This document shows positions 28,220-38,032 of a DNA stretch of 64,000 bases, in pieces (within the stretch, counting starts at the first letter, position 1; each line of letters opens with the position of its first letter). The notes beneath the pieces were generated by a model that was not told the origin of the DNA, made no database searches, and worked only from the letters and a program-made list of their open reading frames with translations. The translations under genes and the position numbers were made by a program. Where the stretch lies: positions 4,325 through 68,324 of the forward strand of contig CAYHCB010000005.1 of assembly GCA_964355275.1 (NCBI GenBank), in the 5' to 3' direction. The DNA comes from an uncultured Gammaproteobacteria bacterium. Its GTDB lineage: Bacteria > Patescibacteriota > Patescibacteriia > Patescibacteriales > UBA12465.

Positions 28220-29542
28220 ATGAATAAACGTCTAAAACAAATAGTCTTACTTTTAGGTGATGTCGCCATTTTACACTTAGCGCTGCTTATTTCTCTCTTC
28301 CTGCGCTCTTTTAGTGAATCGCTTAGCACTCTATGGCAAAACAACTGGCCTTACTTTTTGCCTGTTTTTGGAATTTGGCTTCTAGTTTTGTACATTGGCG
28401 GTGCTTATAATTTAAATTTAGCTTACAAGTCAAGACAATTTAAATTAACAGCCATCAATTCCATTGTTTTTTCTGCCCTGCTCTCTATTATCTATTTCTA
28501 TCTCAATCAATCCGAGGTCTCGCCTAAGACAATTTTATTTATTTTTGTGATAGTTTTTGGATTATTATTCCTAGCTTGGCGATCCATTTTTAATTTTTTC
28601 GTTAAATCATATCTACCAAAAAATAACCTAGCCTTTATTGGTTGGAATGACGCCGTAGCCAGTCTCTTAGATGATATTAAAAACCAACCACACCATGGCT
28701 ATGAAACGGCTCTAGTTTTTAAAACTAAAGAAGAAATTAATAATCTGCCACAAATAATAAAAGAGAAAAATATTCACACGATTGTGTTAAGTGCTGAACT
28801 GGCTGGTGACCCTCAACTAATTGAAGCTTTATTTAGTTGTTTATCTTTAAATATCGCTTTTTATAATTTAGTTGACTTTTATGAAAGTATTAACGGTAAA
28901 ATACCGCTAGAGGCTATTGATGAGTCCTGGTTTATTGATAACTTAAATGAAAGTAATAAGCGTTACTTTAATTTATTTAAACGTGCCTTTGATGTTATTT
29001 TAAGCGGCACCGTGTTACTAATTAGTTTAATCTTTTGGTTACCTATTGCCCTGGCAATTAAACTAGAGAGCGCTGGGCCAATTTTCTTTAAACAAAAAAG
29101 AGTTGGTGAGAACGAAGAAACCTTTGATATGATTAAGTTTCGAAGCATGAAAGTAAGTGGTAACGACGGCTCAATGACTCAAGAAAAAGATAACCGGATA
29201 ACTAAAGTTGGTAATTTTTTACGTAAGAGTCGACTGGATGAAATTCCCCAGATGCTAAATATATTACGAGGTGAAATGAGTTTTATTGGACCGCGACCAG
29301 AAAGACCAGAATATGTTTTAGAACTAGCCAGTAAAATTCCCTTTTATAAAACTCGACTCCTTATTAAACCAGGCGTTAGTGGCTGGGACCAAGTATCGGG
29401 AATTTATCACTCACCATCAATAGAGGATACTATGGAAAAATTACAATATGATTTATATTATTTAAAACACCGTTCAATTTATTTTGACATCGCTATATTT
29501 TTAAAGACAGTAGCGACCGTGCTTAGTAGGGGCGGAAGATAG
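28220..29542 (+). CDS. Undecaprenyl-phosphate sugar phosphotransferase (WbaP/CpsE-like polyprenyl glycosylphosphotransferase), the initiating enzyme
   Basis: Five N-terminal TM helices, then a C-terminal bacterial sugar transferase domain (FKRAFDVILSGTVLLISLIFWLPIALAIKLES... KFRSMKV... DEIPQMLNILRGEMSFIGPRPERP). Confidence 0.85.
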   Translation: MNKRLKQIVLLLGDVAILHLALLISLFLRSFSESLSTLWQNNWPYFLPVFGIWLLVLYIGGAYNLNLAYKSRQFKLTAINSIVFSALLSIIYFYLNQSEVSPKTILFIFVIVFGLLFLAWRSIFNFFVKSYLPKNNLAFIGWNDAVASLLDDIKNQPHHGYETALVFKTKEEINNLPQIIKEKNIHTIVLSAELAGDPQLIEALFSCLSLNIAFYNLVDFYESINGKIPLEAIDESWFIDNLNESNKRYFNLFKRAFDVILSGTVLLISLIFWLPIALAIKLESAGPIFFKQKRVGENEETFDMIKFRSMKVSGNDGSMTQEKDNRITKVGNFLRKSRLDEIPQMLNILRGEMSFIGPRPERPEYVLELASKIPFYKTRLLIKPGVSGWDQVSGIYHSPSIEDTMEKLQYDLYYLKHRSIYFDIAIFLKTVATVLSRGGR

Positions 29543-29557
29543 GAATAAATTAATATT

Positions 29558-30598
29558 ATGAAAAAAGCATTTATTACTGGAATTACCGGGCAAGATGGCT
29601 CATATTTAGCGGAGTTATTACTTGAAAAAGGTTATGAAGTTCATGGGCTCATTAGAAGGGCTAGTACTTTTAATACCGAAAGAATTGAAAATATTTATCA
29701 AGACCCACATTTAGATGGCACAAAATTATTTCTGCATTATGGCGATGTCGCTGATAGTAGTAATATCAACCGCCTACTAGAAAAAATTCAACCTGATGAA
29801 ATATACCACTTGGCCGCGCAAAGTCATGTCCGAGTCAGTTTTGACCTACCAGAGTATACTGCCGATGTCACTGGCCTAGGAACACTTAGATTACTAGATG
29901 CTATTAGAGAGTCAGGAATTAAAACTAAATTTTATCAAGCTTCATCAAGTGAAATGTTTGGTAAAGTTGAAGAAAAAGATTTACCAATTACGGAAAAAAC
30001 AGTTTTTTATCCTAGATCACCATATGGTTGCGCTAAAGTCTACGCTTATTGGATTACTAAAAATTATCGAGAAAGTTATAATTTATTTGCAGTTAACGGT
30101 ATTCTCTTTAATCATGAATCACCTCGCCGTGGTGAAACTTTTGTAACTAGAAAAATATCTCGTGGTTTATCTAGAATTAAACTAGACAAAGAAGAAAAAT
30201 TATATTTAGGTAACTTAGATGCTAAACGTGATTGGGGCTATGCTAAAGATTTTGTCTACGGCATGTATTTAATGCTTCAACAAGATAAACCAGATGATTA
30301 TGTATTAGCAACCGGTGAGACTCACAGCATCAGAGAGTTTGCTGAAGAAAGCGCCAAAATATTAGGCTTTGATTTAATTTGGGAAGGCGAAGGGTTAAAT
30401 GAAAAAGGAATTGATAAAAATAGCGGTAAAACAATTATTGAAATCGATCCTAAATATTTTAGACCGGCTGAAGTGGACGTTTTGCTTGGTGATTATAAAA
30501 AGGCTAAAACTGAACTAGGCTGGGAACCTCAAGTTAAATTTAAGGAGTTAGTAAAGATAATGACAGAAGCTGATTTTAAAAAAGAAGGCAAAAATTAA
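29558..30598 (+). CDS. gmd: GDP-mannose 4,6-dehydratase
   Basis: [34 protein letters not shown]-terminus, a [10 protein letters not shown] catalytic Tyr-xxx-Lys region, and [17 protein letters not shown]. Confidence 0.95.
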   Translation: MKKAFITGITGQDGSYLAELLLEKGYEVHGLIRRASTFNTERIENIYQDPHLDGTKLFLHYGDVADSSNINRLLEKIQPDEIYHLAAQSHVRVSFDLPEYTADVTGLGTLRLLDAIRESGIKTKFYQASSSEMFGKVEEKDLPITEKTVFYPRSPYGCAKVYAYWITKNYRESYNLFAVNGILFNHESPRRGETFVTRKISRGLSRIKLDKEEKLYLGNLDAKRDWGYAKDFVYGMYLMLQQDKPDDYVLATGETHSIREFAEESAKILGFDLIWEGEGLNEKGIDKNSGKTIIEIDPKYFRPAEVDVLLGDYKKAKTELGWEPQVKFKELVKIMTEADFKKEGKN

Positions 30599-30602
30599 AT
30601 AT

Positions 30603-31544
30603 ATGGAAAAAAACGATAAAATTTATGTTGCCGGTCATCTTGGTTTAGTGGGGTCAGCTATTACTCGCAACTTAATAAAAAATGGCTATACTAATTTAAT
30701 TTTAAAGACTAGACAAGAGCTTAATCTTTTAAACCAACAAGAGGTGGCTAATTTTTTTGAAACAGAAAAACCAGATTATGTTTTTTTGGCCGCCGCCAAA
30801 GTTGGTGGCATAATAGCTAATAGTAAATACCCGGCTGAGTTTATTTACGAGAACCTGATGGTTCAAAATAATATAATTCACTCTGCTTATAATAATAAAG
30901 TAAAAAAATTATTATTCTTGGGCAGTTCCTGCATCTATCCTAAGTTAGCGCCCCAACCAATTAAAGAAGAATACCTACTTACCTCCCCGCTGGAAAAGAG
31001 TAATGAGGCTTATGCCATTGCTAAGATTGCTGGTCTAAAGCTATGTGAATACTACAATAAACAATATGGCACACAATATATCGCAGTGATGCCAACTAAT
31101 CTTTATGGCCCAAATGATAATTTCAATTTAGAGAATTCCCATGTTTTACCAGCTATGATTAGAAAGTTTCATGAAGCTAAAATAAATAACGACCAGAACC
31201 TGACTCTTTGGGGCAGTGGCTCACCAAAACGAGAATTTTTACACGTTGATGATTTAGCCGAAGCAACAATATTCTTAATGAATAACTATAACGGAGAAAA
31301 TATTCTAAACATCGGCACCGGCGAAGATTTGTCTATTAAAGAATTAGCGGAAACAATAAAAGAAATTGTAGGTTTTACGGGAGACATTATTTGGGATGAC
31401 AGTAAACCAGACGGCACTCCGAGAAAATTATTAGATGTCAGTTTAATAAATTCTCTCGGGTGGAAATATAAGACAAATCTAAAAGATGGCATAGAAAATA
31501 CCTATAGATGGTTCTTAGATAACCAAGAAAATATTAGAAGATAG
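30603..31544 (+). CDS. fcl: GDP-L-fucose synthase (GDP-4-keto-6-deoxymannose 3,5-epimerase/4-reductase)
   Basis: [42 protein letters not shown], canonical for Fcl/WcaG. Confidence 0.9.
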   Translation: MEKNDKIYVAGHLGLVGSAITRNLIKNGYTNLILKTRQELNLLNQQEVANFFETEKPDYVFLAAAKVGGIIANSKYPAEFIYENLMVQNNIIHSAYNNKVKKLLFLGSSCIYPKLAPQPIKEEYLLTSPLEKSNEAYAIAKIAGLKLCEYYNKQYGTQYIAVMPTNLYGPNDNFNLENSHVLPAMIRKFHEAKINNDQNLTLWGSGSPKREFLHVDDLAEATIFLMNNYNGENILNIGTGEDLSIKELAETIKEIVGFTGDIIWDDSKPDGTPRKLLDVSLINSLGWKYKTNLKDGIENTYRWFLDNQENIRR

Positions 31545-31545
31545 T

Positions 31546-31570
31546 AAAAAGACCCTTCGTGGGTCTTTTT
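31546..31570. terminator. Bidirectional intrinsic terminator between fcl (+) and the minus-strand glycan operon
   Basis: aaaaagaccc-ttcgt-gggtcttttt: perfect 10-bp stem including the A/T arms. Confidence 0.85.
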
Positions 31571-32325
31571 TATTTGGACCACATTATATATTGAGATAAC
31601 TTAAATAATAATCTCCTAATAATATAAAGTGAGGGGATTTTTAAATTATTAACTGTCCAGGATCTCTTTAATTCTTCCCAACCTTTTCTTCTTTGCTCTA
31701 AATTACTAGCAGATGTTCCACCGTCATACATTCTTACAAATACTGATGGAATATATTTAACATTTATCTTATATATTTTTAAAAGTCTTAAAATAAACTC
31801 ATAATCTCCAGCTATTTTAAAATCAATATTAAAAATACCGCACTTATCATAAACTGCTTTGCGAAGAAATAGCGCTGGATGCGGAATTATCCAACCATTT
31901 TTTAATTTACTTTCTTTATATTTCCCGCTTTGCCAATACCTACTAATTTTATTTATATCATCAGAAAAATACTTAATATCACCATAGACAGCGTCAATAG
32001 TTTTATCTTTAAAAGCGTCACTAATAGTTAATAGTACTTTATCATTATCAAAGAAATCATCTGAATTTAAAATTCCAACAATCTCCCCAGTGGCTAATTT
32101 AACTCCTTTATTCATGGCGTCATAAATTCCCTTATCTGATTCTGAAATAAAATTAATCTTAATCTTATCTTGATAACTAGCTACAATTTCCGCCGTATTA
32201 TCAGATGATGCGCCATCAATAATAATATATTCTAAATCAGCGTAATTTTGAGCAATTACACTTTCAATGGTGCGAGCTATAGTGGCAGCAGAATTATATG
32301 ATGGAGTAATTAGAGATAATTTCAT
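31570..32325 (-). CDS. Glycosyltransferase family 2
   Basis: LSLITPSYNSAATIARTIESVIAQNY...EYIIIDGASSDNT, the GT2 N-terminal signature with a DxD (NSDDFF). Confidence 0.8.
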   Translation of the reverse strand: MKLSLITPSYNSAATIARTIESVIAQNYADLEYIIIDGASSDNTAEIVASYQDKIKINFISESDKGIYDAMNKGVKLATGEIVGILNSDDFFDNDKVLLTISDAFKDKTIDAVYGDIKYFSDDINKISRYWQSGKYKESKLKNGWIIPHPALFLRKAVYDKCGIFNIDFKIAGDYEFILRLLKIYKINVKYIPSVFVRMYDGGTSASNLEQRRKGWEELKRSWTVNNLKIPSLYIIRRLLFKLSQYIMWSK

Positions 32326-33410
32326 GAAAAATATTTTTTAATTTCCAAAATAATTTGATCCTGTTCTTCAGTCTTTAAAAATGGATAACAAGGTAGTGAT
32401 AAAATTTCTAATTGAAAAGAGTCAGTTTTTTCTAAAAAAATAGTATCATATTCTTTAGAATAACAAAGTTGATGATGAATCGTTGTAGGATAATGAATTA
32501 AAGTTTCAACTCCTTTTTCGTATAAATAATTTTTAAGTCCATCTCGTTTACCATTTAAAACTCTAATAACAAATAAATGATAAGAATTATTTTTAGAAAA
32601 TTTAGAAATAACTAAATCTGGAATATTTTTTAACTCACTAGTATATTTTTTGGCAATTTTTCTTCGTTTATCAATAAACTTAGGAAGTTTTTTAAGTTTT
32701 ATATCTAGAAAGGCACACTGTAAAGCATCTGGTCGACAATTATTACCTTTTATAACATGGTTGTAACGCCCCTGTTGCCCATAATTTCTATAAGAACTGG
32801 AAAAATCACGGACCTTTTCATCGTTTGTTAGAATTAAACCACCCTCCCCTAAGGCACCTAAATTTTTTGTTGGATAAAAACTAAAAGCTTTTGTATTCAA
32901 GGCTGACTCATCTTTAAAACCAGCTCCATGAGCCTGGCAAGCATCCTCTAAAATAATTAAATTATGTTTTTTTGCAATAGTGTTAATAACCGCCATATTA
33001 CAAATCTGACCAAATAAATGAACTGGTAAAATAGCTTTTGTTTTTTCGGTAATTAAGCTTTCAATTTTATTTTCATCAATTAAAAAATCATCTTTTATGT
33101 CACAAAAAACTGGGATAGCACCAACATTAGATATTGCTAAGCTAGTAGCCACAGCGCTGTTTGAGACTGTTATAACTTCATCGCCAGGTTTTACGTTATA
33201 AGCCAAAAGAGCTATTTCTAAAGCTGATAAACCGGTAGATACAGCAATGGCATATTTATAATTATTATAAACTGCAAAATTATGTTCAAAGTTTTCAGTA
33301 AGCGGACCGAGAATATACATACCAGAACGGCCAAAATCTTTAAACGCTTTTAAAAAATGTTTTTCAAAATAATTCCATTCTCTAGTTAGTTCCGTAAAAG
33401 GCACATGCAT
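32322..33410 (-). CDS. DegT/DnrJ/EryC1/StrS-family PLP-dependent sugar aminotransferase
   Basis: YAIAVSTGLSALEIAL, GDEVITVSNSAVATSLAISNVGAIPVFCDI and the C-terminal SLPCYPFL...EQDQII are typical of this family. ATGA overlap with the GT2 gene. Confidence 0.85.
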   Translation of the reverse strand: MHVPFTELTREWNYFEKHFLKAFKDFGRSGMYILGPLTENFEHNFAVYNNYKYAIAVSTGLSALEIALLAYNVKPGDEVITVSNSAVATSLAISNVGAIPVFCDIKDDFLIDENKIESLITEKTKAILPVHLFGQICNMAVINTIAKKHNLIILEDACQAHGAGFKDESALNTKAFSFYPTKNLGALGEGGLILTNDEKVRDFSSSYRNYGQQGRYNHVIKGNNCRPDALQCAFLDIKLKKLPKFIDKRRKIAKKYTSELKNIPDLVISKFSKNNSYHLFVIRVLNGKRDGLKNYLYEKGVETLIHYPTTIHHQLCYSKEYDTIFLEKTDSFQLEILSLPCYPFLKTEEQDQIILEIKKYFS

Positions 33411-33411
33411 A

Positions 33412-33855
33412 TTATTTTTTTATAAATTTTTTAAATTCATCATAGTCTCTAATATAATCATCTTTTTTATAATAATCAGCGGCCACTACTAAAATAACAC
33501 AGTCAGCAGAAAATTTAGACATCGTGTGCCATAAAGTTGCACCTAATCTTACGCCATAATATGGACTATTCATTTTAATACTTTGTTTTGTTTTTCCATC
33601 ATCCAAATTAAGATTGAAAGAACCATTAATACAAAAAATTACTTGTTCTAATTTTTTATGAGCATGAAAACCACGGACAGCTTCTTTGTTAAAAAGATTG
33701 TTAATAAAATAAATTCTTTTTATAGAAAAAGGAATATTTTTTAACGCTTCGCCAATCACTAGATTACCGTCAGGAAAATCATCATAAAATTGCATATTAA
33801 TAATGCCAGAATTTTTAACCTTAATTTTAGGTAACTTAACTTTTTGTTTAGTCAT
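33412..33855 (-). CDS. WxcM/FdtA-like cupin (sugar-nucleotide 3,4-ketoisomerase-like)
   Basis: RGFHAHKKLEQVIFCINGSF...D in a ~140-aa cupin. The RG-HAH motif is characteristic of FdtA-type isomerases. Confidence 0.65.
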   Translation of the reverse strand: MTKQKVKLPKIKVKNSGIINMQFYDDFPDGNLVIGEALKNIPFSIKRIYFINNLFNKEAVRGFHAHKKLEQVIFCINGSFNLNLDDGKTKQSIKMNSPYYGVRLGATLWHTMSKFSADCVILVVAADYYKKDDYIRDYDEFKKFIKK

Positions 33856-34825
33856 ATTTTTTGTGAGAATAATAAAATAAAACGATTAATCTTTTTATTT
33901 GTTGTTTAATTTTATCCTTAAAAGTTTCGAGTGATCTATATCCATAATTAAAACTCGGGTCAATTAATTTTACTTTATTTATTAAATTAGTAATATTATC
34001 TACATACGGGCCATAAATTATTTTTTCGATCTCTGAAGAAATTTTATAAAAAGATGAATATAACTCAAATTTTTCTGAAGTTATAACTTTCAAGGTATGG
34101 GTGTGATAAAAAACCAAAGGCGTATTATCCACTAAAATCTGACCACTACTTTCAGTAATTTTATAATTACCAATATTCCAAGGGGCTAGATCAGCGCCAA
34201 CATTTTTAGATACACAAACACCTTTAAAATCTTTAGGCCAAGTGTCTAAATACATTTGATCCCCAAATTTACCGTCCTCATATCTATTATAACACCAATT
34301 AAGACAATCTTTACTCCACTTATCTAAAACAGCTAAGCCTAGTTCATTATTTTTAAAAATAACAAAAGCAACATTGTAAATACCGGAGCGCGCTTCTAGA
34401 TACTTCAAGTTAGGCTCATAGTTGTGCTTAATTATTAAAACTGAATCAGAGGCGAGCTCATCATAAAGAACTTGCGGAGAGGAATAAAAATAAATATCAC
34501 TATCTAAATAAGTAATATGATCTAATTCTATATTATTTTTAATAACAAAATTAGTAAAAATTGAACCTAAAGTCCAGCAATACTCTCCATGACTTCGATT
34601 GGCCTTAGCTTCTAATAATTCTTTATCTTCAACTTCGTATAATTTAATTAAAACTGTATTTTTTAAAGCCATAGCCAATAAAAGATCGTAACACTCCATA
34701 TCTAAACATAAAATCCATAACTTAAAGTCTGGACAGCATTTAACTATAGAATCATAAAGAGCTAAACCTCTAAAGGCATAGTTCTTGTCAAAAAGAGTGC
34801 AGAAATTATAAGTCATATTTTTCAC
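33848..34825 (-). CDS. Putative GT-A-fold glycosyltransferase with DxD motif (family unassigned)
   Basis: N-terminal FCTLFDKNYAFRGLALYDSI and a LDSDIYF DxD motif. Tentative. Confidence 0.4.
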   Translation of the reverse strand: MKNMTYNFCTLFDKNYAFRGLALYDSIVKCCPDFKLWILCLDMECYDLLLAMALKNTVLIKLYEVEDKELLEAKANRSHGEYCWTLGSIFTNFVIKNNIELDHITYLDSDIYFYSSPQVLYDELASDSVLIIKHNYEPNLKYLEARSGIYNVAFVIFKNNELGLAVLDKWSKDCLNWCYNRYEDGKFGDQMYLDTWPKDFKGVCVSKNVGADLAPWNIGNYKITESSGQILVDNTPLVFYHTHTLKVITSEKFELYSSFYKISSEIEKIIYGPYVDNITNLINKVKLIDPSFNYGYRSLETFKDKIKQQIKRLIVLFYYSHKKYD

Positions 34826-35468
34826 ACAAAAAAATAGATTCTTTAGAAAAAAAGTTTGGCCAAATTAAATTAGCTATTTTTTTAAAACAACCCAAATGTG
34901 CTTGTTTAATAATTTTTATACTATTGTTTTTACAAAAAATTTTAAAATCACGATTACTTAATTGATGAATATGCCCAGTATTAAACCAAGAATATTTATG
35001 AAGCATTGGTCTTGGCATAACACCATTAAACAAAAGATCCAAACGATTTTCAAAATAGGCAAAATTAGGAAAAGAAATAATTTGGTATTTGGAGATACGT
35101 GACATCTCTCTTAACGTTACTTCAGGATAAACAAGCATTTGAATGGTTACGTTACAAATAGCATAATCAAACTGGCCATTATTGTAATCAATATAAGTTT
35201 CTGTTTTATCAATCTCTCCACGCTTCACCTCCAAATCATTTTTTAAACAAAAATCTACACCTGATTGAGAAATTTCTAAGCCTTCAATAATTACATCCTT
35301 TTTATCTTTCAAATATTTCATTAAAGAGCCGTTGCCACAACCAAGATCAATAACTTTTGAATTGTTTTTTATCCAATCATTTATTATTTGAAATTCATTT
35401 CTAATATAAAAGTCTTCACTACTAAAATCATAGTCTCGATTATCATTTGTTTCTGGATTATCTATCAT
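34806..35468 (-). CDS. MetW-like class I SAM-dependent methyltransferase
   Basis: VIDLGCGNGSLMKYL...FDYAICNVTIQMLVYPEVTLREMSRISKYQIISFPNFAYFENRLDLLFNGVMPRPMLHKYSWFNTGHIHQLS tracks the MetW family along its length. Confidence 0.65.
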   Translation of the reverse strand: MIDNPETNDNRDYDFSSEDFYIRNEFQIINDWIKNNSKVIDLGCGNGSLMKYLKDKKDVIIEGLEISQSGVDFCLKNDLEVKRGEIDKTETYIDYNNGQFDYAICNVTIQMLVYPEVTLREMSRISKYQIISFPNFAYFENRLDLLFNGVMPRPMLHKYSWFNTGHIHQLSNRDFKIFCKNNSIKIIKQAHLGCFKKIANLIWPNFFSKESIFLCEKYDL

Positions 35469-35469
35469 A

Positions 35470-36594
35470 TTATAAATATTTATTAAGTATAATTAAAAGT
35501 TCTTTCATTCTAACTTTATAGTTATGAGTTTCTAAGGTTCTCTTCTGCCCGGCGGCAGCAATCAATTTTCTCTCTTCTTCATGCTCTAAATAATACTTTA
35601 TTTTCCCAGCTAAATCATCAGCATCTTTATATGTAACAACTTCTTCGCCAACTTTAAAAATGTCACCTAGATTCTTTTTTTCATCGGTTATAAGTAGCGT
35701 ACCAACACCGGTTGCTTCATAAAGAGTCATATTATTTGCATAATCGTTGGCGACAGCCTGAATATGCTTAGTCATGGTTATTTTAGAATTGTATAGAATG
35801 TTAAACATCTCTAATCCCCAAGCTTCACCATGAAAATTATTTCTAATTTTACTTTCTGGAGCTAATTCACTAAAACCATAACCAAAAAAATCTATAGGCG
35901 TAACTTCATTAGCACTCTCTAATAAAATGTTCCTCTCTTGATGAACCTGGCCGTAACCGCCAATATGAACCACTGGAAATGAATTTTCTCTCTTATTCAA
36001 ATGATTTAATATTTCCTCCTCAAAGCCTAATTTAAAATATTCACTCTTAATTCCGACGGCTTTAAATTTTTCAACAAAATTTGGCAAAGAAGAAAGAATC
36101 AAATCATATTCTTTAAAATTACTCATGGCTGGTAAGGGGCAAGCAATTTGTCCAACTAATAATTTACAATGTTTTTTTATCTTTCTCAAAAAAACTGGCG
36201 AAATGTGTGCCATTAACTGAACATAAACAACATCTGGTTTATATTCTTTAATTTGTGCTAGCATAGCACGATAATACCAATCATTAGATATATATAACTT
36301 TCTTTTTACTGTTCGCAAAATTTTATTATTATCAAAATAGTCTAAGAGATGGCAATATATAATATTTCTTTCTTTCAACCATTGCTTCTGAAGATAATGA
36401 TTATTAATAACTACATCTTGCGCTTCGTGCCCTAGAAGATTCAAATTTTTTGAATAGTAATCCGCGGTACCAAAAAATTGAGAAAAATAAAATTTAGCCC
36501 TCTCATTATAACTAAGAGACGACCAATCTTTATTATTTTTTACAACGCTTTCAATGAAAGCTGGGTAATCAGAATTAAGAATAAGAATCTTCAT
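35470..36594 (-). CDS. GT-B-fold glycosyltransferase (CgeB-like / GT1-GT4-like C-terminal domain)
   Basis: C-terminal EATGVGTLLITDEKKNLGDIFKVGEEVVTYKDADDLAGKIKYYLEHEEERKLIAAAGQKRTLETH is typical of a GT-B C-lobe. Confidence 0.5.
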   Translation of the reverse strand: MKILILNSDYPAFIESVVKNNKDWSSLSYNERAKFYFSQFFGTADYYSKNLNLLGHEAQDVVINNHYLQKQWLKERNIIYCHLLDYFDNNKILRTVKRKLYISNDWYYRAMLAQIKEYKPDVVYVQLMAHISPVFLRKIKKHCKLLVGQIACPLPAMSNFKEYDLILSSLPNFVEKFKAVGIKSEYFKLGFEEEILNHLNKRENSFPVVHIGGYGQVHQERNILLESANEVTPIDFFGYGFSELAPESKIRNNFHGEAWGLEMFNILYNSKITMTKHIQAVANDYANNMTLYEATGVGTLLITDEKKNLGDIFKVGEEVVTYKDADDLAGKIKYYLEHEEERKLIAAAGQKRTLETHNYKVRMKELLIILNKYL

Positions 36595-36600
36595 ACAGCA

Positions 36601-37326
36601 TTATTTATGTCTAATAATTGATTTTAAAAGAGGATCTTCACCGAACAAGCTCTTTAAAATTTCAGCATTAGGAACTACGCAATGTCCACCAATTTTACTA
36701 TTTTTTGGTGAAAACAAAACAGGACGAATAACATTAGACATGCCTAATTTTTTATAACCCTCATTATAAGTCTCGTTAAAATCAGTCATTACATCAGTAA
36801 AATTAATTTTCTGCTTTGCGCAAATCTTATTCGCATAATCATGAAAAGCGATGCAAACGCCATAATATGTAGTGTCTAATAATTTCCCTAACTCACTAGT
36901 TTTAGAACTCTCTAAAACTTTAACATTCTTAATTCCTAAGGATTTAAGATGTTTAGCGGCTTTTAAACCTAAACGCTTATCGTCCGCACCAATATATTTA
37001 ACAAAGGTCTTTATACCTTTGTATAAATTAGGATGAACACCTCTAACTGGAGAATGAACAACGTTACCAAATTTTTTATATAAATCTAAAGTGCTGCCCA
37101 AACCGATAGTAGAATGTATAATAACTAACTTTGGTTTATATTTAGTAATATTACTTGAAATAATTTTCTGAAAATCTTTTAAATACGGTAAGCAAACATG
37201 AAGAACATCTAAATTTTCTTCAAAAGTATTAATATCTAAATCTCTAATCAGTGGTTTCTTATAGAATTTAGCAGTGGCTTGGCCAATTTCGCCATAGCCC
37301 AGTATTCCAACTTTTTGTTTTTGCAT
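36601..37326 (-). CDS. NAD(P)-binding Rossmann-fold oxidoreductase (short; carries a UDP-sugar-dehydrogenase-like GGHC motif)
   Basis: VGILGYGEIGQA dinucleotide-binding motif. KIGGHCVVPNAEIL resembles the catalytic-Cys region of UDP-glucose/GDP-mannose dehydrogenases, but the protein is only 241 aa. Confidence 0.4.
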   Translation of the reverse strand: MQKQKVGILGYGEIGQATAKFYKKPLIRDLDINTFEENLDVLHVCLPYLKDFQKIISSNITKYKPKLVIIHSTIGLGSTLDLYKKFGNVVHSPVRGVHPNLYKGIKTFVKYIGADDKRLGLKAAKHLKSLGIKNVKVLESSKTSELGKLLDTTYYGVCIAFHDYANKICAKQKINFTDVMTDFNETYNEGYKKLGMSNVIRPVLFSPKNSKIGGHCVVPNAEILKSLFGEDPLLKSIIRHK

Positions 37327-37334
37327 ATTATTTA

Positions 37335-38030
37335 TTAGTTAATTTTTTGAAGAATTAAAACGTAGCCATTCTTTTTAGCACATGGAAAATTAATATATAC
37401 CCACAATAACGCAAGGATTGCATTAATAAAATACTTAATTTTAGATGAACCAATATTATGTAATTTTAGATTTTCTTTTCTATACCAACATTTTATAACT
37501 TTTACATTACCTGCGCCAACTTTTTGTTGTTGAACATTATTAAAATAATTTAAGATAGTTTCTGGTGGATAAGGACGAATATGATCAATATCTAAATAGA
37601 AGTCTGGATACATCAATGGACTTCTAATAATTATATATCCATTATTTTTAGTAATTCTAATTATCTCATCGAGAAAATTAGCAACATCTGGGTATTTAAA
37701 GTGTTCGATAATATGAGAGCAATGCAAAATATCAAAATTTTCATCATTAAATGGAAACTTAACGGCATCGCTAATTGTAGTTTTTAATCCCCTATCTTCT
37801 GTTATTTTTGCTAGATCAGAATTAATTTCTAAGCATTCAATATTCAAATTAGTAAACAATTCTTTTATATTTACGGGAAAACGACCGAGACCAGAGCCAA
37901 CTTCTAAATATTTAAATTGATTTTCTTTGCTTAAATTTTCCAAAAAATTAAGAACTTCGCGATCTTCATTATTATTAGTTTTATCGATAAATTTTTGCTT
38001 TTGATTTAAGAAAAATAAATTTAATTTCAT
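37335..38030 (-). CDS. Class I SAM-dependent methyltransferase
   Basis: LEVGSGLGRF motif I and FDILHCSHIIEHF, a methyltransferase type 11/12-like arrangement. Confidence 0.7.
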   Translation of the reverse strand: MKLNLFFLNQKQKFIDKTNNNEDREVLNFLENLSKENQFKYLEVGSGLGRFPVNIKELFTNLNIECLEINSDLAKITEDRGLKTTISDAVKFPFNDENFDILHCSHIIEHFKYPDVANFLDEIIRITKNNGYIIIRSPLMYPDFYLDIDHIRPYPPETILNYFNNVQQQKVGAGNVKVIKCWYRKENLKLHNIGSSKIKYFINAILALLWVYINFPCAKKNGYVLILQKIN

Positions 38031-38032
38031 AA

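Noticed and set aside
28963-31492. Small ORFs 28963-29148 (minus), 29898-30146 (plus), 31286-31492 (minus)
   Set aside because: All fall inside the WbaP-like, gmd and fcl coding regions in other frames.
36601-37326. Calling the 241-aa Rossmann protein a UDP-sugar 6-dehydrogenase
   Set aside because: It has a suggestive GGHC motif, but the protein is about half the length of UGDH-family enzymes and lacks the central dimerisation and C-terminal UDP-binding domains. It is kept as a generic NAD(P)-binding oxidoreductase.
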